NCBI GenBank assembly: GCA_013265495.1
Contig: MU058213.1
Span: 5,413,149 to 5,475,148, forward strand
Length of the DNA stretch: 62,000 nt
Direction: 5' to 3'
Source of the DNA: Vicugna vicugna
Lineage: Eukaryota
The notes under the pieces are model-generated. The model was not told where the DNA came from, did no database searches, and worked only from the letters and a program-made list of their open reading frames with translations. Within the stretch, counting starts at the first letter, position 1. Every line of letters begins with the position of its first letter. Of the stretch, positions 13,237 to 26,546 are shown piece after piece. Position numbers and translations under genes: made by a program.

Positions 13237-13417
13237 GTTACTTTATGTTCTTCAACTGCAATGTTTTTGCAATATATACATATGTTGAATCATTTATGCT
13301 GTACACCTGAAACTAGGTGGTGGAAGTTTGTCAATTCTTGTTATGTTTGGAAAGTTGAGCCAACATACTTTACTGAGAGATTGGGTAAGAGGTGTGCAAG
13401 AGAAAGAACAAAGGACC

Positions 13418-13892
13418 GTGTGGATGGCTCCCCAGAAGATAGCCCTGGAACCTGTGAATGTTACCTTATATGGAAAAGGAAAAGGTCTTTGCAGATGTAA
13501 TTAAGGAGTTACATGAGGAGGTCATATGCTGGATTACCTAGGTGGGCCCTGCATGCAATCACATGTAACCTCATAGGAAGGAGGGAGAGGGCTATCTGAC
13601 ACACAGAGGAGAAGTGATGTGAAGATGGAGCAGGGAGAGATTTGACAATGCTGGCCTTGAAGACTGGAGTGACGCAGATACAAGCTGAGGAATGCCAGCA
13701 GCACCAGAACCTGGAGGAGGCAAGGAAAGGATTCCTCCCTAGAGATGCCAGAGGAACCAACACTTTAATTCCAGCACAGTGATACTGATTTTGGACTTCT
13801 GGCCTCCAGCACCATGAGAGAATACAGTGATGTTGTTCTGAGCTGCCCAGTTTGCGTTAATGTGTTACATCAGCCACAGAAAACTATGACAC
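13418..13892 (+). mobile_element. MLT1 (MLT1C/D-like) LTR
   Basis: CCCTGGAACCTGTGAATGTTACCTTATATGGAAAAGG...TTTGCAGATGTAATTAAGG...TTGGACTTCTGGCCTCCAG...GCCACAGAAAACTA. Confidence 0.85.
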
Positions 13893-13904
13893 ACGCCCAC
13901 AACA

Positions 13905-14215
13905 GTTTCCCTCCCCACACTAAACATTGACTGTTGTGTGATTGACACATGGCCTGACACAAGTACGTGAACTTGTAAAAACTAGATTTCTGCTTGGAGA
14001 GTGTTTGTGTTTCTGACCAATATTATTCAGGTTGTACTGTCTTTTTTGTGCTAGACTTGATATATTACAGCATTCCCACACTCTCATGTGCATGCACACC
14101 TGGTTGGATGCCTCCATCCACTGCAGAACATTCTTCCTCCACCAGATACCCCTTTTTCATTTCTGTAGACATGGACATCTAGGTTGCTTCCAACTCACCA
14201 CTGTCACACTATCAC
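13905..14215 (-). mobile_element. Old L1 fragment, antisense
   Basis: ATGGACATCTAGGTTGCTTCCAA is the antisense of the L1 ORF2 C-terminal region; heavily degraded. Confidence 0.55.
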
Positions 14216-15057
14216 TTGAATAAAATTTTAAAATTTACTTCATCAAGAGGCAGAGAATTGCTGATGCAGTCTTTCCAGGACCAGGTGAAAAGAACATATT
14301 ACAGTTGGACCAAAACTACAAGATGATAAACTGTCAGCTCTGTAAGTGTTTAAGTGAGTAACCATTATGAATGATTCTTGGCTTCCCTTGGCCTAGCCTT
14401 TCCTTGCAGGTCTGTCTGCCCTGGCCTTCCCTCTCCCCAAGAGATCCCAGGAAACTGAATGGCTTAACAATTCCAGCTGCTTTGCTTGACAAATTGGAAT
14501 GGAAGTCGACAGCTGTTTTCCCTCCGGCATCCTCTGGGAAATCCAACCAACTACATGTTCCCAGCCTGCCCTTGATTTCAAAGCTATAACATTCAATACC
14601 AAGTGGCAAGTGCCACGTACAGGACATTAGTGTCGGGAAGCAGTTCCAGGGCTGGGATGGGCAGAGACAGCCCCTGGGAGGAAAAGAAGCTGAAGTGAGT
14701 TAGCTAGAAGAAACGAGGACAGGATGGTCTCAGGTGGCTCCAAGTGTATAAACAGTGATGCTAAACAATTGTGCTTCTACTGAATCAAGGAACGGACAAA
14801 ACAGACCTGAGCTGATAAGAAATATGTGGCTCAGACGTTCAGAAGGAATTTTTAAACAAGTAAAATTAGAGGAAACAATCATGCAGGATCGAAGCTGGAG
14901 GATGTGGATTCAAGTAAGCTCTAAAGCAAAGCCTTTGCCTGGAAGGGACCCTAACAATCTATCTTAGCTCTGTCACTACTTTGCTTCAGAACCTGAGCTA
15001 AGCCCCTTTGCTTTGGTTTCCTCATCTGTCAAGAGGAGGCTTCAAAAGATGTGACTG

Positions 15058-16185
15058 CACAAAATTAACTCAAAATGCATCATAGAACTAAATGTAAGAG
15101 CTAGAGGTATAAAACCTCAAGAAGAACACATAGGAGAAAATCTTTATGACTTTGAATTACACAAAGATTTCTTAGATATGACACCAAAAGCATGATCCAC
15201 AAAAGATTAAAATTGATAAGTTGGATTTTTAAAAAATTAAATAATTTTGCTCTTTAAATACTATTAAGAAAATTAAAATATAAGCCAAAACTGATAAAGT
15301 TATATAAACAGTAATTTACATAACTGATAAAGGCTTATATCCAAAATACGTGAAGAACTCTTAAAATTCAATAATGAGGCAAGATTTGAACAAATATTTC
15401 ACCAAAGATAATGGCTAAGAAACATGCAAAAAGATGTTTAACAACATTATACATTAGGGAAATGTAAATTAAAACCATAATAATTTATCACCACACATTC
15501 ATTAAAATGAGTGTAATCAAGAAATCTGATGATACCAAGTGTTCCCAAGGATGTGCAGAAATTGGAACATCCATACAGTCACTGCTGATAGGAATGTTAA
15601 ACAGTTACAACCACTTTGGAAGAAAGTTTGGTGGTTTCTTAACAAGCTAAACACACACCTATGAAATAATACAGCAATTTCACTCCTAGGTATATACCCA
15701 AGAGAAATGAACATATATGTCAACACAAAGACACATATGGGAACGCCCACAGCAGCATTAGTCACCATATCCCCACGTTGGCAACAATCCAAATGTCCAT
15801 CCACTGGTGAATGGATGAGCAAAATATAGTCTATCCATATGATGGAACAGGAATTCAGCAATATCAGAGCAAAACCACTACAAGCAATAACATGGTTGAA
15901 TCTCAAAAACATTCCTCAATGTGGGAGAACCAAACACAAATCACATACATGTGATTCCATTTATATGAAGTTTCTAGTAAAGGCAAACTATTGATACAGA
16001 GAGTTGTGGATCACCTGGAGCTGTGGATAGGAAAAGGAACTGAACATAAACAGTCACGACAGGATATGTGAGGGTGAAGGAGGTGGTAATGGCTTCAGAA
16101 TTGTATATATGTACTAAAAATCACCAGCTCTACTCTTAACAACCAGCAAATTCCATGGGTTATAAATTATACCTTGGTAAAATGG
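15058..16185 (+). mobile_element. Old L1M fragment (ORF2 3' part plus 3' UTR)
   Basis: AAAATTAACTCAAAATG...CAGCAATTTCACTCCTAGGTATATACCCAAGAGAAATGAA...CAAATGTCCATCCACTGGTGAATGGAT; reading frame disrupted. Confidence 0.9.
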
Positions 16186-17488
16186 GGGGGGGGAGCTGTG
16201 GCAAATGGGAGACTCTCCACATCTCCAAGGTTTGCACAAATTTTGGTTTTTGTTCAATACACACCCACTTGTTCAACAATCTAGTTAGAAAATGCCTAAG
16301 AACAGTGAACCAGGAGGTGGTGGATTTGTGAAATTTTATACAAAAATCAGGGGTGGTCTGGGTTAAAACTAAAGTAGGTGGCTTTGTCTCCTTTCTGCTA
16401 TCTGTCCTCTCCTCCAGGTTCTGGTCATCTCATTTTACCCTTTCTGTTAACCCTTGTCCTCAAGTAGATGAGAATTAGACAGACCTGTGTTCAAATGAGC
16501 AAGTTCCTTAGACTCAGAAGAGAGTTTTTCTCAGTGAAGTGGGAATAATCAAACCAATCTCACATACAGGAGCTGTTAGCTGCCAGCTTCCTCTCTCCTA
16601 TGCTCCTGCCCCAAACGTCTGCCAGGAAAAGAGGGTGCTGTTAGCCACTGACACCCTGCTGAGAATGACTGCATCAAATTCCTCCTCTGCAGAGTTGGAG
16701 AAAGGCTGGTTTTGCACTGAACGGGAAGATGGGCCCCAGCCAACTTGCAGCCCTTCCTAAAACTCCCCAAATCTCCCTCTGGTCTCCTTGTTTGACTGCC
16801 CACGAAAGACTCTGGAAAGAAGCTAATTTTTGGCTGCCTGAAAACTGCACTTTCCCATCTCGAAGTGCCTTGCTGTCTGTCACATGGTCCCCATGAAGGT
16901 AATGCTATTGGTAATCACTAAGTCAGCAGACACCCAGAATGCCGAGGGCATAGCCACAGCCAGAGCTGCCCAATGCTATGCGCTTTCAAGTGTGATTGTT
17001 ATTGAGACCGCTGGCGTGGAGCAGAGCTGGGACAAGGGTGAGGCAAGAGGTGCCTCGGAAGCAACATTTAAGGAGGCACTCTCTCTCAGGGTCGGAAGCA
17101 TAGGGTTGGCCCAGAGAGCGGCCTCCTTCGATGTTGCACCTCCTTAGTTGCAGCCCTGCGGGAGAGGGCTTGGCCCCAAGTCCATGTGCTGTAGTCACAG
17201 CACTCACCCTGCCACCCATTACATGTGTGGCTTGGGCACGTCTACGCCCCTACTCTTCCTGCCTGTTCTGGCTTCATGAGTCCAGGGCTACTTTACTCCT
17301 CTCCACATCAAAGCAAAACAATTATGGAAATATGCATTACCTCGATCTATTAGAACCCAGCTTAAATTTCCTGTCTTCACGGAAGCACTCCCTGGCCGTG
17401 TAAACCACCCTCTGTCATGTTCCATTAGCAACTTGTTCATTTTATTCACAGCGGTTATATTTATCGTAATTTTATTTTATTGCTTTAT

Positions 17489-17845
17489 GTCAGTCAAGAT
17501 AGTCCAGATTATGGTGCAGTGATAAAAACCTCAAAATCTCAAGAGCTTAAAACAGCAAGGATTTATTCCTTCTCTCTCCACATGTCTGTCATGTCAGCCG
17601 GGAGGCTGTGCTCAGGGACCGGCTGATGGAGCAGCTACACACATATGGGGCACTTAGCTGGTCACTGTGCTGGAGGGAAACAGAGCTCCAGGGGGCCGCG
17701 CATTAACTGCTCAACCCAGTAGGGACACACATCACTTCCAGTCATGATTCATTGGCCAGAACTCATCAATGTTCGCACCCACCCACCTGGGACCCCTGCC
17801 ACTGCGCTCTAACATGTGCCTAAGAGCCAGAAGGGTTTGGTGAGC
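17489..17845 (-). mobile_element. Old MLT1 LTR, apparently interrupting an L2 remnant (about 17330-18000)
   Basis: CAAAATCTCAAGAGCTTAAAACAGCAAGGATTTATT...CACATCACTTCC...TTCATTGGCCAGAACT; L2-like 3' sequence resumes after 17850. Confidence 0.6.
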
Positions 17846-18689
17846 CGCTCTAATGACTCTGCATTATTTACGGGGTTTGGTCTGAATCCCCGGACCAGCG
17901 CGGCCCACGGGGGCAGGACTCTCTGTCCTGTTGACCGTGTTGTCCCCAACGATGGCACTTAGCTGGTACTTAATAATGATCTATTGGCTGACTAAATGGT
18001 TCTGGTGGTTTAGGGTGGGGGCTGAGACTGCTGTTTAGACTAAGATCAGCTCCCAGCAAACTGCTCAGATCCTGGAGGACTCAGGGCCCCAGCCTTCCGT
18101 GTTCACCAGACCTTCCTAAAAGGGAAGAATAATTACTCTAACTGCTGTTTTTCCTCAATTTCTCCTGGAGTGTGTAACTGCAGAGGCCGATGAATAAGAA
18201 CCTCTAAGCATCTGGGAGCATGGTCCAAAGTCTGAAACTTCTTTGTAATTTTATTCTTCTTCATCCTAAAAGTTCATGTGAGATTTATATTTTGTTCTAT
18301 ATTATAGTCATAGTCATAAAAAAGTTTTAAAATATTTTTTAAAAGTTTTAAAATATTTAAACTTAAATTAATATTTGAACTTAAATTAAGGCTTCGAGAA
18401 TGTGTCATGCTTATCTCACAGCTTCAAGGTTCCCCTAATAGCCCACCTCCCCACACAACCCCGAGGTGGTTTGCCCCAAACCAGGAAACACAGCTCTAAG
18501 ACTCCTTAGATGGTTGCTGGGGCCTTAAGGCTCAAGCTTAAAGCATGAAGAATAGACTCTGCATTTTGCTTTCTTTCTGTGGTGATAACTTCTTTTCTCA
18601 TGGGAATAAAATTCCCCTTGCATTTGGGAATTTGCCGTTGTCTAATGAAACGAAGGAAAGTGTGGCATTAAAGGCTTCATTTTCTTTCT

Positions 18690-18827
18690 TTTTTTTTATT
18701 TTTTAACTTTTGGTGGGGGCAGGTAATTAGGTTTATTTATTTTTCTTAGTGGAGGTACTGGGGATTGAACCTAGGACCCCATGCATGCTAAGCATGCATG
18801 CTACCACTGAGCTATACCACCCCCCCC
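18690..18827 (-). mobile_element. tRNA-derived SINE (camelid Vic-1-like) with 20-bp TSD
   Basis: Minus strand reads GGGG...GGTATAGCTCAGTGGTAG (A box)...GGTTCAATCCCC (B box)...A-rich tail. AAAGGCTTCATTTTCTTTCT is identical at 18670-18689 and 18828-18847. Confidence 0.9.
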
Positions 18828-19008
18828 AAAGGCTTCATTTTCTTTCTCACAGGTTGATGGACTAAATTCTTCCAAACCCGTGTTTCTCATTTTTTCACGA
18901 TGACCCACCCTAAGAAGGACACTTTATATCACTTCCCAGCTGCTGAGTGTTGACTGGTATTTTCTATAATATTCTATCCTGTGGGTTTTTTTTTTTTTCC
19001 TCTCTTTC

Positions 19009-19473
19009 TGTAATTGAGCAGGATCCTAGGGACCTTCCTGGGACAGACCCTTCCCTCATCTCCTTTGTCATAGCTCCTCTCTGAGGTGCCTAGATCCCGG
19101 TATCTGATGCACATTTCCTTAGTTGTTTTACACATGCTAAAACCACCACCAAATGGAAGAAATTCACTACTCGATGATCATGAGCCCCTGACCTACATCA
19201 CCTAAGGACTGGTGATGGTGACCGCCCTGTTACCCCAAATTCAACCAGTCAGAGAGTTGTGCATGAGCTGATCACAGACCCTGCGATCCTCCTCCCTCAC
19301 CTGGCTTTTAAAAATGCTTTGCTGAAACCCTTTGGCGAGTTCAAGGGTTTAGAGCAGAAGCCACCCGTCCTCCTTGCTCAGCCCTGCAGTTAACCTTCCT
19401 CTGCTCCAAACCCCGAGGTTTTGGTTTGCTTGGCCTCACTGTGCGTTGGGCATGCAAACTTGCGTTAGTAACA
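19009..19473 (+). mobile_element. ERV1-type solo LTR
   Basis: TGTAA...GTAACA termini; TATA-like TTTTAAAAA near 19306; flanks CTTTC/CTTTG (4/5). Shares blocks with the LTR at 22457. Confidence 0.8.
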
Positions 19474-19779
19474 CTTTGTGGCCCTCTAATTTGATTTTAC
19501 TAATAGGTCACAGCCCAGAAATGTAAAAATCACCGCACTACACCTTTCCAAGTCAACCTTCTGGAGGCTGGTGTCCAGCACCTGGGTAGGTGAGGGAAAG
19601 GGACTCCGTCTCAGTGTGCGCAGCATCAAGGGTGTGGAGACGCAGGAAGTGGACCCCACAGGGCTGAGCCTCTCAAGGGAGCATCTGCGTCCTCTGCCTT
19701 CCGAACACAGAGGTGGCCACCGGCCTCCTCCACACTGTTCCTTGGGCTGCTCCTCCTTCCCCACAGGCAAACACGCTTA

Positions 19780-20240
19780 CTCAGGGCTTCAGTGGGAAAT
19801 GTGGGTTCCAAGGAGATGAAGCAGTTTTTGACCTTGTACAAACGCACAAAGATGGACACGTGAGAACATTTATTTCAGCGTCATGCCCAAACCTGAAACA
19901 TCCCAAACGGCCGTCACTAGATGAACCACAGTGCAACCAAAGGATGACCATGTGCCCACTAAAAATAATGAGGTAGATATCTAAGTACAAAGTATTTCCT
20001 GTGATACACCAAGTATAAAAATCAACTGGCCCTATAGTTCACCAATATGCTTTAATGTTTCTTAGTTAGTTTAATTTTTGCATAGTAAAAATGTGGAAAA
20101 AATATACTCAAAATTGTTTACAGTAATCATGAGCAGGGGAATGATTATGGAAGACTTTTACATTTCCACAACCTTTGAACAGTTTGCCACAAGCATAATT
20201 TACTTTTGAAATAAGAAAAAAGCAATCATTTTCACTTTAA
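19780..20240 (+). mobile_element. Old L1M 3' fragment
   Basis: Degenerate ORF2 end (CAAAGATGGACACGTGAGAACATTTATTTCAGCG...CCTGAAACATCCCAAACGGCC) followed by an A-rich 3' UTR. Confidence 0.55.
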
Positions 20241-21657
20241 AAAAGTAAAACACGAAAAGAAGCTATAAGGTGGCGGCGTGAGTGCCTTTGAAGTCACAAT
20301 AGCAGCCCTTCAGCAGGTAAAGTGTGTTTTCAAGAGTCTGAGATAGAAACCATTTCTAGGAGTTCATGCTCCGAGGCAACATTTTCGCTCCAACATACAG
20401 AAATGTTAGATAAAATACAAATTGAGGAAATTTGTAAGTCATGGCAAAGCCCAGAAACTAGGTAAGTGTCGCCGTGCACCAGGAACAGAAGAAAACCCCC
20501 TATCTGGGAGCAGGACTGAGGTTAGGGTCTTCGAGGCAGGTTTTGGAAACAGACAGAAGTAGCTCCAGCAGGACCACAGGGTTGGCAGGGGGAGGGTGGG
20601 GACGGGTGGTGTGGAGCTGTAGTGCGACGCTCACTGCTGGCAACTGGGCCTGGAGGCCAGCCCCCCAGCTGGTGAAAGGAAGCTGGCAAAAGCTGTCTGG
20701 TGTTTTTCGTTTGTTTTGGTTTTTTTAAAATCAGGAATTGTTACCCTGGCTGCATCTTAAAGTCACTTGGAGACTTTTTTAAAAAACGTCATTGTCCCTG
20801 GAATTCTGATTTAATTTTAAAATTCATCCTCTCTCTGTCTCTCTCTTCTACAAGTCTCCCTTGGAGAGCCTAGTACACATCCAGGTTTGAGGAGACCTCA
20901 CTGAAACCCTGGGTCTATGTAGGGATTGGAGGATACAGACACAAAGTCCATCCAGGCACTCTACCAAGCAAGCAACCAAGTTTGGTGATAAGATCTGGGA
21001 TTTCCTGATTATGATCCCCAGAGGGGGCATTTCTAACAATCTACAAGGCCTGCTTTTGGACTGGAAGCCTTGGGGAGGAGCCTAACAGGGTCAGGGTGGG
21101 GTAAAGAGACAGAGAGATAAACGGGGAAGAAACGTCCATCCATACGTTAATGGGCGAATCCATGCCATACGTGACATATTCACATAACAGAGTACCACAT
21201 AACAGTGAAATTCAGTAACCCAGCATTAACAGTGTGCCTAGATGCATAACCCTGCAAAAACAAAATGGCGAGTTATAAAAGCAACTTACAGCATGGCATG
21301 TTTTTTATAATACCATTTATTTAAATTTTGAACTCTAGGATACAACAAAAAAATGTATATTGTTTTGTGACTAAATACATATACACTAAAGCTATAAAAA
21401 TATTTCTGAAAATCAACCATACCAATTTAAGGACTGTGCTTACCACTGGAAACAGGAGAAGGGGCAGACAGGGAGTGATAAAGAGGAACAACCCTGGATG
21501 AACCTCAGGGCATCACACTGTGTGTAAGAAGCCAGTGTTTAAAAGGTCACATGGTTTATGATTCCATTTACGACATTGGTGAAAAGACAGAACTACAGTG
21601 ATGAGAATGGATTAGCGGTTGACAAATTTCTACATAATCAGAACACCCAAATAAGTT

Positions 21658-22213
21658 TGTATGGGAGCAAAACTTGCCACCCTAAATGATTCTTTGGCAT
21701 GCAGATTATTTTGAGCTGAAAGCAATCCAGGCCCAAAAGACTTAGAAAGAAACCTTGACTTTCCCCCTAACTGCCTAAAAGAATTTAGATAGAGAGGCTG
21801 TTCCTCTCTATCACCAGAGATTTCTGCAAAGAATACGGGCTAATTGTGATGGGGAAACTCCATTCAGGTCCTAGAGATCAGAGCCCGCTCTGGGTCCCAC
21901 TGTCTCTGTGTGGCCCAGCAAACATTTGTTTACCAGACATTTCCTTTCCAACTTCATGTGACTTGCCTTCCTCCCCTTTGAATTCCCAAGCCACTACTCT
22001 CAATATCCTCTTTTGCTTTTAGCTGAAAATAGTATTTACAGCAAGAGCTTCGGCCGTTTTGATGAGTTACTCAGTTTTCCTGGGTCTCCCCATTGTACAT
22101 ACGTTATTAAACTTTTGCTTGACTTTCTCCTGTTAATCTTTTTCATTCAACTTAATTCGTAGACCAGCCAGAAGAACCTAGAAGGGTAGAGGGAAATTTC
22201 TCCCTCTCTGACA
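21658..22213 (+). mobile_element. MER34-like ERV1 solo LTR
   Basis: TGTATGGGAGCAAAACTTGCCACCCTAAA...GATTATTTTGAGCTGAA...ATTAAACTT...GAAGGGTAGAGGGAAATTTCTCCCTCTCTGACA; TG...CA termini, TSD not clear. Confidence 0.75.
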
Positions 22214-22456
22214 ATATTCTCAAGAAAAGAATTAAAATTTAATCAGTAGCTCTCTTCAAAAGAAGTGCTAAAATGATTTTAAAAGAAAAAATACACAAAA
22301 ACGTGTCAATTTTAGTCTGAGCTACTCAGATTGATCTCATAAAGCATTTTAATTTGTTTCATCTAACTTTTGCTTCTGCCAGTCTTTGTTCTCACCCTAG
22401 TCTCCTCCTCTTTAAGTACAACTTCATACTGAATGATTTCTGTGACTTCCTTTCAC

Positions 22457-23114
22457 TGTAACCAAGCAGGACCCTATGGGGCCTTCCTGGTGCAGACCCC
22501 ACCCCACCCGCACTCCACCCCTTGTCCTCTGCCCACCTCTTCTTTGTAGAAGAGCTGTCCTTTCCCAGCCCTGAGTCACAAAAGCCTGGCCCAAGTATTG
22601 ATGATTGAAAGAATGTAAGCACATAGTAACAACAAAAAATTGCAGCTGGGCCAGAAGAACTGGCAACAATCTAAATGGTAAACCAGCCATTTAGCTGTTA
22701 CAGAATCTTTAGTCTCTCCCTGAAGGAAGGTAAGAATATCTGGTGCACATCCCTGAGTTGTCTTACAGATTCTAAAATCCCCACCACGTGGAAGAAGTTA
22801 ACTACGTGATGACCATAAGCATGTAGCCCCCAGACTGACTGGAGCCTGAGGACTGATAACGTTAACATCTGTAACACCACCCTGCTACCTCACCATCAAC
22901 CAAAGAATTGTGCACGACCTCCTCACACACCTTATGACTCCCCTTCCTCATCCTGCCCTTAAAAATTCTTCCCTGAAACCCACCGGAGAGTTTAACTTTT
23001 TAGAGCATTAGCTGCCCGCACTCTTTGTTCGGCACCTGAAATAGACACTGCGGTTTCCTTCACCGTAGCCCCTTTACTGCGTGTGAGTGAGTGGACTTGT
23101 TTACTTTGGTAACA
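22457..23114 (+). mobile_element. ERV1-type solo LTR with 4-bp TSD
   Basis: TGTAACCAA...TTGGTAACA inverted termini; TCAC at 22453-22456 and 23115-23118. Confidence 0.9.
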
Positions 23115-23849
23115 TCACCCCACTTCTAGAGTGAGGGTTACTCTCACTACAGTTAGAATGATCTTTCTTTAGAATGTAGTACTCTGCAAAATTTTTGGGT
23201 GAAAAAATTCTTCCATTGCATCTTCAGGGTTCTTGGCTGCAACAGAACTGACCCCAAAGGTCAGGGAAAACCAAGCCTGCACAGGGAAAGATGTGGGGGA
23301 GAAAGCCCACCCAGGGACCCCTCGCTTTCCACCAAAGAGGACTCAGCTTGAGACAGTACTACCTTTGGAACCATCACCCCCAGCTGGATTCCCACTGTGC
23401 TGCAGCCATCATGAAGAATTCCTCAGCTGATGGAATTCTCTGTGTCATTCCATCACAATTGAAGGTTCTGGGTGTGGCCATCCAGTTGGCAGAGGCTGGG
23501 TCCTCAGTGCATTCTCTAGCTGCCAGGAGCTTCTTTAAAAGGAATCCGAGCCCCACACTCCAACAGCACTCAACGAAGGACTCTCATTTCATAGGAAGGG
23601 AATTCAACAGTGGGCAGCAAAACAAGCAAGAACTACGCTAATAGATTTCCACGGACTTCCCAGCATCCACATGTGCTCTTCTTCCCTCACTTAAATTCAC
23701 CTCACTGCTTCCCCCTCCCCCTCCCTGTGCCCCGCCCCCATACTTCCATCCAAAGCAACTGCAACTTTCTTTTGCACAACCAAAAATATACTTGCCTTTG
23801 CCCAAAGGGACAACACAATTCTGACACCTTTGAAACTCTTGCTTCTCCT

Positions 23850-24400
23850 CTTCTCCACACAGCAACCAGGATGATCCTTCTAAAACCCCAAACAGATCCT
23901 GTCACTCCTCTGCTGAAAGCCCTCCAATGACTCTCAGGTCCCTCACAGAAAAGCCAAATCTTCACAATGGCCACCTAGACCTTACGTTACTCCTCCCACC
24001 CCACCTGCCTGACCCCACCTCCTAGCACTCTCCCTCTCACTCTGCTCCAGCCGCCCAGCCTCCTCTGTGTTTCCCCCACACACCCAGCTTGTTTCCATCC
24101 TGGGGGCTCTGTTTACCTGTCCTTCCATCAGATAAACACATAACTTGCTCCCTGTACAGATAGTCTTCCCTGACTCCCCCTAAATTAAAGAGCACCACAC
24201 CCCTCTTCCCCCACCCCATATCCTACTTAACTTTTCTTTATATAATCACAGCTGATGGTGTTCTGCCTGGCCATCGTTTATCATGCATCTCCGTCTGGAA
24301 TATAAACCCTACGCATCAGTGGTTTGTGTTTCCATTGCAATATCCCCAGAGCCTGAACGGGGGCTTGGTGGAGAGCAGGTGCTCAATAAACATTAGTTGC
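23850..24400 (+). mobile_element. L2 LINE 3' fragment
   Basis: CTCCACACAGCAACCAGGATGATCCTTCTAAAAC...GTCACTCCTCTGCTGAAAGCCCTCCAATG...GCAGGTGCTCAATAAACATTAGTTG. Confidence 0.8.
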
Positions 24401-24479
24401 TACTCAAGTGGGAGGTGAAGTCATCTGCTGAGAATAAACAGTGGGGAGGAGAGTGAGGGTGTCTTCGACTGAGGAGGAG

Positions 24480-25060
24480 TGTGGATGGGGTTTGAGAAGG
24501 CGTCTCTGCTAAAGTAGAGACAGCTGACCAGGAAACGGAAAGGTTTGTCCCTACAGTGATGAAGACACAGATGGGGATGGAGATCAGGTGATGGGGCAAC
24601 TGTTATTCTTTCAGCCCCACTCGGCAGCCTAGAGGTAGGTACAGAGAAGCCGTGTTGCGTTTATCCACCAATAGGGGATGACCATGCGGGTAGAGTAAAG
24701 GGGACAGGAGGCAAGGACCTTGAGATTCATTAGCAAGAGCATATTAAAGGGAAAGGACTTTGGGCTTTCAGTTGCTTCAGGAGAAAAGACAAGGAAGTGG
24801 TACAGAATATGCAGATGCCGGCAGGTGAGGGACGGCATTCTGTCCAGAGAAGCTTAATGAATGGAGCCATCTGGAGGATTGCTCCTGATGGGTGGAGGGC
24901 CAGGCCAGTAGTGAGAAGAGTGGGAGAATTAATGCACAGGAAGTGTGGGTCGGAGGGAGGGTAACTGAATCTGAGATTTTTAGCAAATCAGTCTCGGGTT
25001 ATGTGTGTGGACAGGTTAATAGCAGGCAGATGTACAAGTGTGATCTTTGTAGATTTTCTG
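24480..25060 (-). mobile_element. Degraded L2 fragment, antisense
   Basis: Purine-rich sequence resembling antisense L2 ORF2; highly diverged. Confidence 0.45.
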
Positions 25061-25209
25061 GACTCATAAATCCTTCAGCTGCAAGAGTATCTTTTCATTT
25101 TTTATTGTTGTCTAATACATTATTACCTAGTTGAAATGATTAATTTCCCAATGACACTTAAAGATCCTTTTCGTTGTTGAACTACTCAGGTATTACCATT
25201 TGAGAGGAA

Positions 25210-25468
25210 CGACTGTAAAATATGGTGACTATAGTTGATGACACTCCATTGCATAGCTGAAGTTAAAATTTGCTAACAGAGTAGAAATTAAATGTTCTCG
25301 CAAAAAAAAAAAAAGACAAATATGATGGGTGATGGGTGTGTTAACTCGCTGGATGATGGAGGAAATTCTTTTACAATGTACACATACAGCAAATCACCAT
25401 GAGGTACACATTAAATATCTTAAAATTTTATTATCACTTATACCTCCATGAAGCTGAAATTTAAAAAA
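25210..25468 (+). mobile_element. L1 3' UTR fragment (L1MA-like)
   Basis: ATGGTGACTATAGTTGATGACACT...AATTTGCTAACAGAGTAGA...TTTTACAATGTACACATAC...TTATACCTCCATGAAGCTG. Confidence 0.8.
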
Positions 25469-25899
25469 TGCATGAGAGTATTTGAACAAAAAGTTTTATA
25501 GTAACCTTTAGCCTAATAATGCTCTGACTCCCAGGACAAAGATGAAAACTGACTCCTTTGAGCAGGACGATTGGCAGGGTATTGGGGAGCGCTCTTGGAT
25601 TGATAGAAAAACTGGAAAGACAAACTCAGAAAAGGGGCAGAAACCAGAGAGGCAAGACATCATGGAATGCAGCCAGAAAGTCAAACAATGTCTGCTTTAG
25701 TCATATTAGAAGCTGCTAATGGAGTAGTGAAGTTGACCCCATGGGGTCTGGATCTCCCCACAGTGGCTGCAGTGACCTTGTACTACCCACTAAGTTTCTG
25801 TTGCCTACAAAATCAGAGTCAAGCCCATGAACATGAAATGCTAGGTCCTCCACCACCTGGTAGCAACTGACTTTTCCAGTGTCACCTCCTGTGGCTCTG

Positions 25900-26365
25900 A
25901 GCTCTTTCCTTCATGCATATTGTTCCACTGCAGTCTTCACTGATCCCCAAACACACCACAGCCCTTATGCCTCTGAGCCTTGGCACAGGGCTTCTTCCCA
26001 TGCCCTAGAATGCCCTTCCCTCTCCTGCTGCCTTTATCAAGCTGATGAACTCCTACACACACTTCAAAACCCTGCCAGTATCACCTCTTGTATGAAGCCT
26101 TTCCCTAGGCTCCAGGTACACGGTGTTCCCACAGCATGCAGGTAGTATCTCTAGGATAGGCCTGAGTGTGTTATCTTTCAAGGATCTGTTTTCAAGTCTG
26201 GACTGTTACCTAGCAGAGGGCAAGGTCGGTGTTTGATTAATCTTAGTTAATTAGTTGGGTTACGCTAATTAACCTAAACGGTAGGGCCTGTTATTTGCCC
26301 CAATGGAGAGTACAGTGTCTGGCACATTTGCATAGTCAATAAATAATTTAAGTAGTTAAATGAAG
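25900..26365 (+). mobile_element. L2 3' fragment
   Basis: CCTTATGCCTCTGAGCCTTGGCACAGGGCTTCTTCCCATGCCCTAGAATGCCCTTCCC...TACAGTGTCTGGCACAT...TCAATAAATA. Confidence 0.65.
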
Positions 26366-26546
26366 ACTCAGAAAGCTGGCCAGTGTCTCATGATGCCACA
26401 TAAGGGATTCTTCTACTTTCATGCACAGTCCTCTGAAATGTGGTCAATCTTTTCCTTAAACCTGGGAAGCCTTTGGGCAGACATTCTAATATCTCCTCTC
26501 CTCTACCTGAGGAAATGTCTTTATGCCTAGTGTAGATTCCTCCTAA

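Noticed and set aside
18690..18827. tRNA-like sequence (also at 52925-53047)
   Set aside because: These are SINE heads with A-rich tails and TSDs, not tRNA genes.
19009..23114. Possible provirus bounded by two related LTRs
   Set aside because: The LTRs differ greatly in length and sequence, the right one has its own TCAC TSD, and there is no primer-binding site or gag/pol/env between them.
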